This document shows positions 1 through 10,548 of a stretch of 64,000 bases of DNA, one piece after another. The stretch covers positions 1 through 64,000 of the forward strand of contig JBBDRF010000085.1 of assembly GCA_040905565.1 (NCBI GenBank), written 5' to 3'. How positions within the stretch are numbered: the first letter of the stretch is position 1; every line of letters starts with the position of its first letter. This stretch comes from Phycisphaeraceae bacterium. Its GTDB lineage: Bacteria; Planctomycetota; Phycisphaerae; Phycisphaerales; Zrk34. The notes beneath the pieces were generated by a model. That model searched no databases. It was not told the origin of the DNA and worked only from the letters and a program-made list of their open reading frames with translations. The position numbers and the translations under genes were made by a program.

Positions 1-2
1 AC

Positions 3-3000
3 AACTACGGCATCTATGTCAGCGGCAGCGGCAGCTTCGTCACCGAGACCCACGCTTACGACAACAACGTCGGCATCTACTCGCTCGACAGCACGCTGAT
101 CGCTGGCAACCACGAGATCTACAACAACGGTCTCGGCATTGAGGCCACTAACGGCGGCCGCATCGAAAACAACACTGTCTTCGAGAACAACGCCGGCATC
201 GTCGGCAGTTCATCGGTCGTCGTCACCGGCAACTGGGCGTTTAACAACACGACGTTTGGCATCGCCGGCAATCGCACCGTTCAGATCATCGGCAACCGGG
301 TGTTCGATAACCGCGACGGCATCGTCGGTACCGACAAGGTCGGCTCCGCGGGCAACCGCCACTTCCGTGGCCTCATCCAGAACAACCTGGTTTACGATAA
401 CGAGGACGTCGGCATCGCAGTCGACGGCAGCGCGAGCGGCAACAGCATCCGCATCATCAACAACACCGTCTACCAGGGCGTCGGCAACGCGGTCCACCTG
501 ACCCGCTCTGGTGCGGATACCACGCTGATTAACAACATCCTGTGGACCGACCTCGGCAGCATCGTCTTCCTCGACGACGACGCCACGGGCGCGCTGATCA
601 GCGACCACAACCTCTTCTATCGCGGCGAAGCGAACCTCGCTTCCATCATTTCCGACCAGGGAAGCGTGCACGATTCCCTCACCGATTGGCAGACCGCGCA
701 GCCCGAGCAGGATGTTCATTCGTTTGAGGGCGACCCGCTGTTCGTCAACATCAACGGCGCGAACGACGTGCTCGGCGATTCGCTCGAAGGGGCACTGGAC
801 GACAACTTCCGCCTCTCCGCCGACTCCCCCGCCATCGATGCAGCCCACACGTGGTGGGCCTCGCCGACCGACATCGACCGCCATCACCGCGCGGACGACC
901 CCGGCACCACGAACATCGGCTCCGACGACTACTACGCCGACACGCTCGGCAACAGCATGTTCGACGACACCATCGGCGTCGCACAGAACTGGCGGTCGAC
1001 CAATTCGTCGTGGCTGCATACCTTCACCGACTTCAGCTTCGACTTCTTCGGCGAGACCTACGATCAGCTCCGCATCGGCACCAACGGCCTGCTCAATCTG
1101 GCGAGCAATTTCAGTCAGGCCAGCGATCCCGACCACAGTGAGGTCAAGCTCGCTGAGCGCACGATGATCGCGCCGCTGTGGGCCGACCTCAGCACCCACA
1201 CCAGCACCGATGCTGGTAACGACATCTTCATCGAAGAAACCAGCGATCATCTGACCATTCGCTGGCACGCCACCCACATTGAGAGCGGTGAGTTGGCGGA
1301 GTTCTCTGCCACGCTCTTCGCCGACGGCACCATTCGCTTCGACTATGGGCAGCTGCCTGAGGAGATCGCGGCGACGATCGGCATCTCGCGTGGTAACAAT
1401 CAGCATTACGTGCTGAGCCCGCATCAGAATGCGATCCCGGCCGCCCCGACCGATTCGGTGCAGTTCAGCTTGCGTCCCGGGCATGTTGATATCGGTGCCT
1501 ACGAGTTCCGCGGGTCGAGCCTCGACGACACGCCTCCGGCCGTCGTCACCGTCGATCCTCAAGCCGTGGAAGACCAGAGCGCGACCAATCAATCGTTCAG
1601 CCAGATCGTCGTGCACTTCACTGAGCCGCTGGACTCGATTAACGCCAACGCTCCCGAAGGGTTCAGGCTGCTCAAGGGCACTGACGGCAACTTCAACGAG
1701 AGCATCGATCTGCTGCCGACCTACTCCGCCGGCGATACCTTCGTCACGCTCAATGTCCCTTCGGGTCTGCTCACCGACGGCACGTATCAGCTCACGCTGT
1801 TCGGCGACAACGCCATTACCGACCTCTCGGGCGTCGCGCTCGATGGCGATGGTGACGGCCAAGCCGGTGGCGATTTCATCCGCACCTTTACCATCGACAC
1901 CGTCGCCCCGCAGGTCGGCTTCGAAGCACTTGTCACGCCCGACGCTTCGCCCCAGCTTACGGGCACCGTCGACGATGCCGAGGCGCAGGTGACGGTCACC
2001 ATCGACGGTAACCAGTACGACGCGCAGAACCTCGGCGACGGCAGCTGGTCGCTTGCGGCGGACATCATTGCACCGCTTGAAGCGGGTGAGTACGACGTGC
2101 ACGTCGCCGCGATCGACCAGGCGGGCAACCTCGGCGAAACAACGGTGACGTCCGGTCTCACGATCGAGGCTGTGCTTGCCGCGGAGGTCGTCGGGCGGCA
2201 CATCTTCTACAACGGTTCCTACTTCGATGGCCACGACGGCGGCGCTTCCGCTGCGGACGATAACGCCATCGCCCCTGACAAGCAGGCGCTGCTCGAGGGC
2301 GAGACGGCCACCTTCGCGAACTACACCAGCTATACCCGCGGCATCAACGGCATCATGCTCGACATTGCCGACCTGCCCGACCCCGCCGCCCTCTCACTGG
2401 CGGATTTCAACTTCCAGATCGGCAACGATGACGACGTGGCCAACTGGAGCGCTGCCCCGCTCCCCGTCTCGTTCAGCCTTCGGCCCGGGGAAGGCGAAGC
2501 GGGAGCCGATCGCGTGACGCTCATCTGGGAAGATGCTGCGATCACCAATACCTGGTTGCAAGTCACCGTAATGGCAGGCGAGACCACCGGCCTTGCCGCC
2601 GACAATGTCTTCTACTTTGGTAATGCGGTGGGTGAGACCGGCGATTCCGAGAGCGATGCCCAGGTCACCAGCGCCGACGAAGACGGTGTGGCGCAGAACC
2701 CGCATAGCCCCTTCAATCCCGCGACCATCGATTCGCCGTACGACTTCAATCGCGATCGACTGGTTAGCGCGCAGGACCGGCTGATCGCGCGGAGCAACCA
2801 GACCGACGCAGCTTCGGCCCTGCAACTGATCACGCCCACTTCGGCGGAGGTCGTCACGGAATCCCAGACGTTCGAGGTGCAAGACAGCGAAGACGGCGAC
2901 GAGAGCTTCGACGTCTTCGATCAGCAGGCCGCCGATCAGTGGCTCGCCATGAACAGTTATTCCGCCAGCAGCACCACGTTCAGCGATGAGAGTTCGCACA

Positions 3001-3149
3001 CCCCTCCCACGTGGTCCCGCCCGCTCTGGATGGATCTGCAGGAGGATGGCCAGAAGCGTCGCAGCAGCAGCCTGACGGAGTTGAGCAGCGAAACGAGCGA
3101 CATGGTCGACACACTGTCACTCGTCAAGCCCGTCGCCCTGATCCGCTGA
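3..3149 (+). CDS. Large secreted/surface protein, 5'-truncated by window: parallel beta-helix repeats, nidogen-like region, Ig-like domains, planctomycete-type C-terminal domain
   Basis: Frame open from base 3 (NYGIYVSGSGSF...) into the 300..3149 ORF; N-N-x-G-I repeats, MIAPLWADL, LDGDGDGQAGGDF, VVGRHIFYN...AIAPDKQAL and dockerin-like YDFNRDRLVSAQD. Confidence 0.75.
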   Translation, partial: NYGIYVSGSGSFVTETHAYDNNVGIYSLDSTLIAGNHEIYNNGLGIEATNGGRIENNTVFENNAGIVGSSSVVVTGNWAFNNTTFGIAGNRTVQIIGNRVFDNRDGIVGTDKVGSAGNRHFRGLIQNNLVYDNEDVGIAVDGSASGNSIRIINNTVYQGVGNAVHLTRSGADTTLINNILWTDLGSIVFLDDDATGALISDHNLFYRGEANLASIISDQGSVHDSLTDWQTAQPEQDVHSFEGDPLFVNINGANDVLGDSLEGALDDNFRLSADSPAIDAAHTWWASPTDIDRHHRADDPGTTNIGSDDYYADTLGNSMFDDTIGVAQNWRSTNSSWLHTFTDFSFDFFGETYDQLRIGTNGLLNLASNFSQASDPDHSEVKLAERTMIAPLWADLSTHTSTDAGNDIFIEETSDHLTIRWHATHIESGELAEFSATLFADGTIRFDYGQLPEEIAATIGISRGNNQHYVLSPHQNAIPAAPTDSVQFSLRPGHVDIGAYEFRGSSLDDTPPAVVTVDPQAVEDQSATNQSFSQIVVHFTEPLDSINANAPEGFRLLKGTDGNFNESIDLLPTYSAGDTFVTLNVPSGLLTDGTYQLTLFGDNAITDLSGVALDGDGDGQAGGDFIRTFTIDTVAPQVGFEALVTPDASPQLTGTVDDAEAQVTVTIDGNQYDAQNLGDGSWSLAADIIAPLEAGEYDVHVAAIDQAGNLGETTVTSGLTIEAVLAAEVVGRHIFYNGSYFDGHDGGASAADDNAIAPDKQALLEGETATFANYTSYTRGINGIMLDIADLPDPAALSLADFNFQIGNDDDVANWSAAPLPVSFSLRPGEGEAGADRVTLIWEDAAITNTWLQVTVMAGETTGLAADNVFYFGNAVGETGDSESDAQVTSADEDGVAQNPHSPFNPATIDSPYDFNRDRLVSAQDRLIARSNQTDAASALQLITPTSAEVVTESQTFEVQDSEDGDESFDVFDQQAADQWLAMNSYSASSTTFSDESSHTPPTWSRPLWMDLQEDGQKRRSSSLTELSSETSDMVDTLSLVKPVALIR

Positions 3150-3260
3150 GGGACAGGCAACTATAGAGCTAGCTGACGTTGGAAGGCAGGCCGATCGGCG
3201 TTTGAAGACCCCGCTTCATGTCGATGACCAGTGATCGATAGAATCGCCGGCTAGAACTAG

Positions 3261-3380
3261 AGCGAATGCGATTCAGGCGTAGCGATCTTGGCTAAGGTTT
3301 GAAGCGCGCAGAGTCTTTACGCACAACCGCTCCCTCACGGTCGCGGCTCGTTTGCATGCTACGCCTGCGGCGAATCCGCT
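3261..3380. repeat. 120-bp MITE-like dispersed repeat, copy 1
   Basis: Reverse complement aligns to 37969..38087 (about 86% by hand); 23-bp imperfect terminal inverted repeats. Confidence 0.8.
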
Positions 3381-3980
3381 TTAGACCGTTTGCTTGTGCT
3401 GGTAGATCAGATCGAGCGCCACGGCGAGGGCCTGCTCGAGATTGTCGTTGACGATGAAGTGATCGTACGCGCCGGATTCCTTGGCTGCGGTCATCTCCCG
3501 CTTGGCCTCACGGAATCGCCTTTGAATCTTCTGCTCATCCTCGCGCCCTCGCTTGCGGAGACGGTTGAGCAGTTCATCTTCCGAAGGCGGCAGGATGAAG
3601 ATTGTGAGCGCTTCGGGCATGGCGTTCTTCACCTGAATGCCGCCGTTGACGTCGATGTCGAGCACCACGTCCCGCCCCGATTTCAGGTTCTCTTCCAGCG
3701 GGGCGCGCGGCGTGCCGTAGTAGTGATCGAATACCTGTGCCCACTCTAAAAGTTCATCAGAATCGATCGCCTGCTTGAAGCGATCGCCCGTGACGAAGAA
3801 GTAATCGACGCCTTCGGTGTCGGCATGGGTCTTGGGGCGAGTGGTCATGGAGACGGAGAAGGCCGCTTCGAGCGCCTCGAGCAGACGCTTGGTGATGGTC
3901 GTTTTGCCGACGCCTGACGGGCCCGAGACGACCACAGCAAGAGAGGGGCCCGAATGATTGGGAAGCGGTGGTTCGATCAT
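3381..3980 (-). CDS. gmk: Guanylate kinase
   Basis: SGPSGVGKTT P-loop, SVSMTTRP, GVDYFFV, YYGTP; start placed at MIEPP. Confidence 0.95.
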   Translation of the reverse strand: MIEPPLPNHSGPSLAVVVSGPSGVGKTTITKRLLEALEAAFSVSMTTRPKTHADTEGVDYFFVTGDRFKQAIDSDELLEWAQVFDHYYGTPRAPLEENLKSGRDVVLDIDVNGGIQVKNAMPEALTIFILPPSEDELLNRLRKRGREDEQKIQRRFREAKREMTAAKESGAYDHFIVNDNLEQALAVALDLIYQHKQTV

Positions 3981-4048
3981 GGGATTGGTCAGTAGGCGTT
4001 GGTTTGGTGATGGGGTGATTGAGGGAAGCCGCCGCACAAAAGGTCGAC

Positions 4049-5029
4049 TCAGGTGGGGGCGGAGTTGACGAGGAAGAGGGTGGCCATGCGGACGGCCAGG
4101 CCGTTGGTGACCTGCTGCAAGATGGCGGAGTTGGGGCTGTCGGCCACGGCGGATTCGATCTCCAGCCCTCGGTTGATCGGCCCCGGATGCATCACGACCA
4201 CGTCCTTTTTCATGCGGGCCAGGCGCTCGCGTGAGAGGCCGAACAGCGTGGCGTATTCGCGTTTGGATGGGAAGGCGGGGCTTGTGATCCGCTCGAACTG
4301 CACGCGGAGCATGTTGATCACATCCACACGCTCGAGCACATCATCAAGGTGATGGTGCACCTCCACGCCCGGCTCTGCGAACGAGCCCGGCAGCAGCGTC
4401 GGCGGGCCCACCAGCAACACCTGCGCACCGAGTTTCTTCAGGGCGACGATGTTCGAACGGGCGACACGGGAGTGGGTGATATCGCCGACGATCGCAACGG
4501 TGAGGCCGGTGAAATCGAAGTCGGTTAGGCCGAGGCGCTGGCCGATCGTGTAAACATCCAGCAGCGCCTGTGTGGGGTGTTCGTGCTGCCCGTCGCCGGC
4601 ATTGATGACGGAACAGTTCACCGAGTCTGCGACCAGCCGAGCGGCTCCCGAGGCGTTGTGACGCACCACGATTGTGTCCACACCCATCGCTTCAATGTTG
4701 CGTGCGGTATCCCGCAGCGTTTCGCCCTTGGAAAGACTCGACGACGATGCGGAGAAATCCAGCGTGTCGGCTGAGAGCCTGCTGGCGGCGAGGTAGAAGC
4801 TCGAGCGGGTCCGCGTGGAAGGTTCAAAGAACAGATTCACCACGACCTTGCCACGCAGTGCGGGCACCTTCTTCACCGAACGCGTGGAGACGGATTCGAA
4901 CCCCCGGGCTGTCTGGAGCAGGAACCGGATGTCCTCAGCATTCAGGTGCGCCAGTTCCAGCAGGTGTCGATGGGGCCAGCGGTAATCGGCAGCAACGCCC
5001 GGAGCATCGGTCGGAGTCATGGCCGTCAT
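4049..5029 (-). CDS. pyrB: Aspartate carbamoyltransferase catalytic subunit
   Basis: FFEPSTRTRSSF, INAGDGQHEHPTQALLD, MHPGPINRG. Confidence 0.97.
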   Translation of the reverse strand: MTAMTPTDAPGVAADYRWPHRHLLELAHLNAEDIRFLLQTARGFESVSTRSVKKVPALRGKVVVNLFFEPSTRTRSSFYLAASRLSADTLDFSASSSSLSKGETLRDTARNIEAMGVDTIVVRHNASGAARLVADSVNCSVINAGDGQHEHPTQALLDVYTIGQRLGLTDFDFTGLTVAIVGDITHSRVARSNIVALKKLGAQVLLVGPPTLLPGSFAEPGVEVHHHLDDVLERVDVINMLRVQFERITSPAFPSKREYATLFGLSRERLARMKKDVVVMHPGPINRGLEIESAVADSPNSAILQQVTNGLAVRMATLFLVNSAPT

Positions 5030-5589
5030 GCGTGATCCTCCTGCGGGGCGGGGGAGGCGGGATCCGACGAAGCGTCCGGCGGGTAGAGCAGGATCTGGTC
5101 GTCCGCGTCCGTCGGTTTCAGATGCACCTTAACATGGTGGTCAGCTTCGGTATTCACCCGCAGCCCCACGAAATCCGGCCGAATGGGCAGTTCCCGTCCG
5201 CCTCGATCGACCAGCACGGCAAGCCGAACGCAGCGCGGCCGACCGAAATCAATCAGCGATTGAATGGCTGCTCGGACAGACCGGCCCGACATCAGAACAT
5301 CGTCCACCAGCAGCACGTTGGTCCCATCGATCGGGAAGTCGATCTCGGTCGTGCGAACGATCGGCTGAGGCCCGACCTCCGAGAGATCGTCCCGGTAGAG
5401 CGTGATGTCCAGCGACCCGATGTACGCAGGCTTGAGCGGCTCGGCCAGGCGTGTCGCCAGCACATCGCCGCGGCTGCGCATGCCGACGATCGCCCAGGGG
5501 CCGGGCGTGCGGCTCATCTCCGCCGCAAGTTCCCGCTCCAGCCGCTCGATAAGGGTCCCAACCTGCTGTTCATCCGCAAGAATACGCAT
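5026..5589 (-). CDS. pyrR: Bifunctional pyrimidine regulator/uracil phosphoribosyltransferase
   Basis: LDITLYRDDL, LVDDVLMSGRSVRAA, LVDRGGRELPIRPDFVG; overlaps pyrB start. Confidence 0.95.
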   Translation of the reverse strand: MRILADEQQVGTLIERLERELAAEMSRTPGPWAIVGMRSRGDVLATRLAEPLKPAYIGSLDITLYRDDLSEVGPQPIVRTTEIDFPIDGTNVLLVDDVLMSGRSVRAAIQSLIDFGRPRCVRLAVLVDRGGRELPIRPDFVGLRVNTEADHHVKVHLKPTDADDQILLYPPDASSDPASPAPQEDHA

Positions 5590-5737
5590 AGACCGTCATG
5601 GTAGCGACGACCACAAAACTCGCCACCCCCTCTACCAGATGTATGAGGTGTGATGTTTGATAGGTGATGTGGCGGCGTCGCCCCCCCACTACCCCCCTAC
5701 GGTCCCCGCAGCTGCGGATGTTCGCTAGAATACCTTC

Positions 5738-6364
5738 ATGCCTCCCACTGACCCTGCCTATACCGACTCGATGAATCGGCTGATCGACCGCTTCGCCACG
5801 CTGCCTGGCATCGGCCGGCGGACTGCCGAGCGGCTCGCGTTCCATGTGCTCAAAGCTGAGAAGACCGAGGCCCTATCGCTCGCCAACGCCATTCGTGACG
5901 TCAAAACGAACGTTCGGCATTGTTCGCGTTGCTATAACCTCACCGAAAGCGATCCATGCACCATCTGTGCCGATCCCAATCGTGATATCCGCAAGATCCT
6001 CGTCGTGGAACAGCCTCGTGATGTGATCCAGCTTGAGCAGACCCGCAGCTACGACGGCACGTATCATGTGCTGCTCGGCCGTCTTGCCCCACTTGAAGGT
6101 GTGGGCGTGGGGGAACTGACGGTGGGGCCGTTGCTTACGAGGGTGCGGGATCTGGCGGAATCCGGGCCCGTGGAGGTGATTCTCGGCACGAATCCGAACC
6201 TTGAAGGCGACGGCACGGCCCTGCACATCGCTGAGGCCCTGCGGGACCTGCCTCATGTCACGATGACCCGGCTGGCGCGGGGGCTCCCGGCCGGTTCTGA
6301 GCTGCAATTTGCCAATAAAGCCGTTCTTTCTGACGCCATTGCAAGCCGTCAAAGCGTCCAGTAA
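5738..6364 (+). CDS. recR: Recombination mediator RecR
   Basis: LPGIGRRTAERLAFH, C4 zinc finger CSRC...CTIC, Toprim with TRLARGLP. Confidence 0.97.
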   Translation: MPPTDPAYTDSMNRLIDRFATLPGIGRRTAERLAFHVLKAEKTEALSLANAIRDVKTNVRHCSRCYNLTESDPCTICADPNRDIRKILVVEQPRDVIQLEQTRSYDGTYHVLLGRLAPLEGVGVGELTVGPLLTRVRDLAESGPVEVILGTNPNLEGDGTALHIAEALRDLPHVTMTRLARGLPAGSELQFANKAVLSDAIASRQSVQ

Positions 6365-6543
6365 CGGTCTGAACCGCTACAACCGGAAAAATGTAAGCAA
6401 AATCGTTGCCAAATCCGGCTACGCGATTTGTCTTTGCCCGCCCGGCTGATAATCTAGTTAAAGAGCGGACGATCGGAACCCGATCAGCCAGGGGGGCTGT
6501 TGCAGGTTCCACGGTTATTGTCGCCGCCACAGGGGCAGTTTTT

Positions 6544-8067
6544 ATGCGTATCGATGTCGGCCAACACATGCGGATGGAACAGCGGATGAAGCTGTCGCCC
6601 CGCATGATTCAGTCCATGGAAATCCTTCAGCTTTCGACGCTTGCGCTCGAGGAGCGCATCGACCAGGAACTCGAGGGCAACCCGCTTTTGGAACTTAAAG
6701 AGGTTCGCCCTAACGAGAACACGCCCACTGAGAACACGCAGAACGACGGTGAGAACCTCGACGAAAGCCCGATGGTCGTCGCCGATGCCGCCAACGCAAC
6801 CGGCGAGGAATCGGCTCAGGATTTTCAGCGCCTCGCTGAGATGACCGAGCAGTACGGCGAAACGTGGGATCAAAACAACTTTTCGTCCGCTGAGTCCTAC
6901 ACCCCCCGCCGATTTGACGGTGAGCGGGACGCCAAGATGGACGCCATGGCCAACACCGCCTGCCGCGGGGCTTCGCTGACCGAGCAGCTGCTCGATCAAT
7001 GGCGTTTTGTGGAGGTGAAGCCGACCGTTCACCGGGCGGGTGAGCATCTCATCGAGTTCATCGACGACGACGGTTATCTGCGGGTCGACACGGACCAGAT
7101 TCTTCGGCAGGCCCCGCCGGAGATCACGCGGGCGGAGCTTGAAGCGGCCATCCCGATCATTCAACGAAAGCTTGAGCCGCCGGGCATCGGGGCGCGGTCG
7201 CTGCAGGAATGTCTGCTGCTGCAGATTGACGCGATCGCCGACGAAGATGGCGAGGATGACCAGTTGCACATCGCCCGGCGGCTGGTGACGGACCACCTCA
7301 AAGACATCGAGATGAACCGTTTGCCCCGCATCGCCAAGCAGGCCGGCATCACCGTGGATGAGGTAAAACAGGGCATGGCGCGGCTGCGTCGGCTCGATCC
7401 CAGGCCGGGCCGTCGGCTCGCACCGGAACGGCCGCAGCCGATTATCCCCGATGTGATCGTCGAGTTCGATCCGGTACACGATTGTTACGTGGCTGCTTTG
7501 GCGCGCGGTCGGCAGCCGTCGCTTCGCATCAGTCCGCAGTACCGGGAGCTGTCGCAGGATCGGGGGCAGGATCGCGACACCCGCCAGTATCTTGCGAAGA
7601 ACATGAACAACGCCCGCTGGCTGATCGACGCCATTCGGCAGCGCAACAGCACGCTGCTGCGCGTGGTGAACGTGGTGCTGGACGCGCAGCGGGATTTCTT
7701 CGATCACGGGCCGGAGCACCTCAAGCCGCTGCCGATGATTCAGGTCGCCGACCAATTGAGCATTCACGTCGGCACGGTCAGCCGCGCCGTTTCTGAGAAG
7801 TACATCCAGACGCCGCGCGGCATCTACCCGCTTCGCATGTTCTTCTCAGGCGGCACGGAATCGTCCGACGGCGAAGAGATGAGCTGGGCTGCGGTGCAGG
7901 CGAAGCTCAAGCAGATCATCGACGACGAAGACACGCAGAAGCCGTTCTCTGACGATCAACTTGTCGAGCAGCTCAAAGCGCAAGGCATCGAAATCGCCCG
8001 TCGCACCGTCGCCAAGTATCGTCAGCAGATGAACATCCCCCCCGCCCGCCGCCGCCGGCAATACTGA
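6544..8067 (+). CDS. rpoN: RNA polymerase sigma-54 factor
   Basis: MIQSMEILQL region I, HVGTVSRAV HTH, RpoN box ARRTVAKYR; start placed at MRIDVGQ. Confidence 0.97.
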   Translation: MRIDVGQHMRMEQRMKLSPRMIQSMEILQLSTLALEERIDQELEGNPLLELKEVRPNENTPTENTQNDGENLDESPMVVADAANATGEESAQDFQRLAEMTEQYGETWDQNNFSSAESYTPRRFDGERDAKMDAMANTACRGASLTEQLLDQWRFVEVKPTVHRAGEHLIEFIDDDGYLRVDTDQILRQAPPEITRAELEAAIPIIQRKLEPPGIGARSLQECLLLQIDAIADEDGEDDQLHIARRLVTDHLKDIEMNRLPRIAKQAGITVDEVKQGMARLRRLDPRPGRRLAPERPQPIIPDVIVEFDPVHDCYVAALARGRQPSLRISPQYRELSQDRGQDRDTRQYLAKNMNNARWLIDAIRQRNSTLLRVVNVVLDAQRDFFDHGPEHLKPLPMIQVADQLSIHVGTVSRAVSEKYIQTPRGIYPLRMFFSGGTESSDGEEMSWAAVQAKLKQIIDDEDTQKPFSDDQLVEQLKAQGIEIARRTVAKYRQQMNIPPARRRRQY

Positions 8068-8442
8068 GTATCGTGTCGTAGAGTTGGCTCAGCTGCGCGG
8101 GACGTCGATGAGCCGACAGTCTGGCTGGCGCTCGATCTCCTCGCCGATGCGAAGCTTCTTGTCGGCCGCGCCGCTCCCCCCGCCGCCATCTCGCGCCGTG
8201 ACCTGCTGCGCACCGCCGCCGCCACAGCAGCGCTGGCAAGCGCGCCAGGGTTCGTGGGCACCGCAGCGCCGCAACAGAAGGTCGACGCTCCCGACGCCAA
8301 GCGTAAAGCGGCGGAGGAGAAAGCCAAGCAGAGCGAGGCGGCTGGGAAACGCAAGGCTGCCGAGCAGAACCAGAAGCAGAAGAAGAAAGTCGCTGACGAC
8401 CGCAAGGCTGCGGAGAAGGACAAGAAGAGCAAACGATGATTA

Positions 8443-8935
8443 CGAAGCGGTTGCGGTAAGCCGCCACCACCTGATCGCCGACCACCACGAGTCGCCACTG
8501 GATTGCGTCATCGATGTACGCGCACAGCAGTGGATTTCGCCCCTCCGCCAGCGCGTAATCCACCAGCGAATAAAGCACCGGTAGCGAATCGACGCGGATC
8601 ACCCCCACGCCGCCGGACAAGCCGAGCATCAGCAGCAGTAAATGGTGCGCGGGATCGCAGGCCCACACGCTGATAAAGCAGCGGCGAGGTGGTCGGATCG
8701 CAGAAGACGCTGCGCTGCGTCGCGTAGAACGTGCCGACGCCGGGCGTGTACATGAACTGCTCAACCCGGGTGGCGGCAAGCGAGACGCCGGGACGGTACA
8801 TCAGTTCGCTGCCGTCGCCGATGAGTTGCCGCTCCGGCCAATCTCAACGTAGGGAACGTCCTGTTCCGTGCAGGCGGTCTGCAGCAGCTCGGTGGTTTCG
8901 TCCGGAACGTCGTCGTTGATGCAGTAGAATTGCAT
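8443..8935 (-). pseudogene. Fragmented RimK-like ATP-grasp ligase
   Basis: Collinear pieces in different frames: MQFYCINDD...YVEI / ELMYRPGVS...YQRVGL / IPRTIYC / GLSGGVGVIRVDS...WRLVVVGDQVVAAYRN, then truncation. Confidence 0.6.
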
Positions 8936-9139
8936 GATCAGCATTCTGGGCCACGAACACAAACAGCCCGGGCACGTAAATATACCGCAGCCATCGTGGC
9001 GTGTCATCGCGAATCTGCGACAGACGTACGATCGGCTGGACGCCGACGCTGCCCACAAATCTGACCGATCCCGGTCGCGATAGGTGGCGTTCGTCTCTGG
9101 CTGTTATAATGGCTGATCGCCGTTAAGGAGAATCAAGCG

Positions 9140-9862
9140 ATGATAATGTTCGACCCGTTGTTCCTGATCATGATCGCCCCGGCTGCCTTGTTGGCGCTCT
9201 GGGCACACTTTAAGGTCAAAAGTTCTTTCGCTGCAGCGAGCAAGATGCACGCAAGCAGCAATCTCACCGGTGCGCAAGCGGCGCGGCATATTCTCGACTC
9301 CGCCGGTCTGCGGGACGTCGCGATCGAGATGTCGCAAGGCGGCGGGCTCTCCGACCATTACGATCCGCGTGGCAAGGTGCTCAGGCTCAGCCAGGAAGTT
9401 CACTCGCAGACGACGCTTGCCGCAGTCGGCATCGCCGCCCACGAAGCCGGCCACGCCCTGCAGGACGCCAAGGGCTACGGTCCGCTGGTGATCCGCAACG
9501 GGCTCGTGCCGATGGCCGCGACCGGTGGCCAGATCAGCTCGTGGTGCCTGATGGGCGGCATCCTGCTAGCCATGTTCGCAGGCGGCGGACTGCAGAACCC
9601 GCTCGCGTTCAACCTGGTGCTGCTCGGCGTCATCGCGTTCGGGGCCACGGTCGTCTTTCAGCTGGTCAACCTGCCCGTCGAGTTCAACGCCAGCAGCCGT
9701 GCCAAAGCTCAACTTGTTGGGCTGGGGATCGTCGCTGAGAGCGAGATGAAGCCGATCAAAAAGGTGCTCAGTGCCGCGGCCATGACGTACGTTGCGGCCA
9801 CGCTGATGGCCATGCTGCAAATGCTCTACTGGGTCTTGCATCTGCTGGCCGCACGCGATTGA
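9140..9862 (+). CDS. Membrane zinc metallopeptidase (YugP/putative neutral zinc metallopeptidase family)
   Basis: LSDHYDP, AAHEAGHALQ, LPVEFNASSRA, AAMTYVAA. Confidence 0.92.
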   Translation: MIMFDPLFLIMIAPAALLALWAHFKVKSSFAAASKMHASSNLTGAQAARHILDSAGLRDVAIEMSQGGGLSDHYDPRGKVLRLSQEVHSQTTLAAVGIAAHEAGHALQDAKGYGPLVIRNGLVPMAATGGQISSWCLMGGILLAMFAGGGLQNPLAFNLVLLGVIAFGATVVFQLVNLPVEFNASSRAKAQLVGLGIVAESEMKPIKKVLSAAAMTYVAATLMAMLQMLYWVLHLLAARD

Positions 9863-9966
9863 GCCGGTACGATCATAAAGCGGCAGGCACGGCTGCATCG
9901 GGTAGCCGTGTTGCCGCTCGCACGAAGGGGGGGAGTACGATGATTTTTGCTTCGAAGGGGACAGAT

Positions 9967-10428
9967 GTGACCGAAAAGACCGAAACCAAGCAGATCGTTC
10001 AGGAATTGACCCAGGCGTACTGGATGGAGATGGAAACTGTTCAGAACTACCTGGCGAACTCGGTGAACCTCGTCGGCGTCCGCGCCGAAGAGATCAAGAA
10101 GTCGCTCGCCGACGACGTGGCTGAAGAACTCAGCCATGCTCAACAACTGGCCAAACGCATCCACGTCATCGGCGGTCAGGTGCCGGGCAGTGAGCATTTC
10201 AAAGCGGCCCAATCCTCGCTGCAGCCGCCTGAGGATCCGACGAATCTCGTGTCGGTCATCCGAGGCGTGATCGAAGCTGAGGAGAACGCCATCGCGCAAT
10301 ATAACAAGCTGATTCAGCTTTGCGACGGCGTTGATTATCCCACGCAGGACCTTTGCATCACGCTGCTGGCGGACGAAGAATCCCACCGCCGCGAGTTCAT
10401 CGGCTTCCTGACCGAATTCGAAAAATAA
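9967..10428 (+). CDS. Ferritin-like diiron protein (Dps/bacterioferritin-like)
   Basis: EELSHA and DEESH ExxH motifs; GTG start after AAGGGG. Confidence 0.85.
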   Translation: MTEKTETKQIVQELTQAYWMEMETVQNYLANSVNLVGVRAEEIKKSLADDVAEELSHAQQLAKRIHVIGGQVPGSEHFKAAQSSLQPPEDPTNLVSVIRGVIEAEENAIAQYNKLIQLCDGVDYPTQDLCITLLADEESHRREFIGFLTEFEK

Positions 10429-10548
10429 GCGAGGAGCCGCGCAGCGAGCGGGAAGCGTAAGCGACCGTCCGTCAGAACCACGCGATGCCATTGCCGCGTA
10501 AACGCGCCAAGCAGTGCCACACGCGCGCCCTGGTGAACCAAATAAAGA

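Noticed and set aside
210..2234. Long antisense ORFs (also 10514..11878, 6484..7767, 40051..40959 and similar)
   Set aside because: Shadow frames of well-supported genes in high-GC DNA
3164..3259. Second small element with tagagctagc/gctagaacta ends next to the MITE
   Set aside because: Single copy with only an 8/10 terminal match; insufficient support
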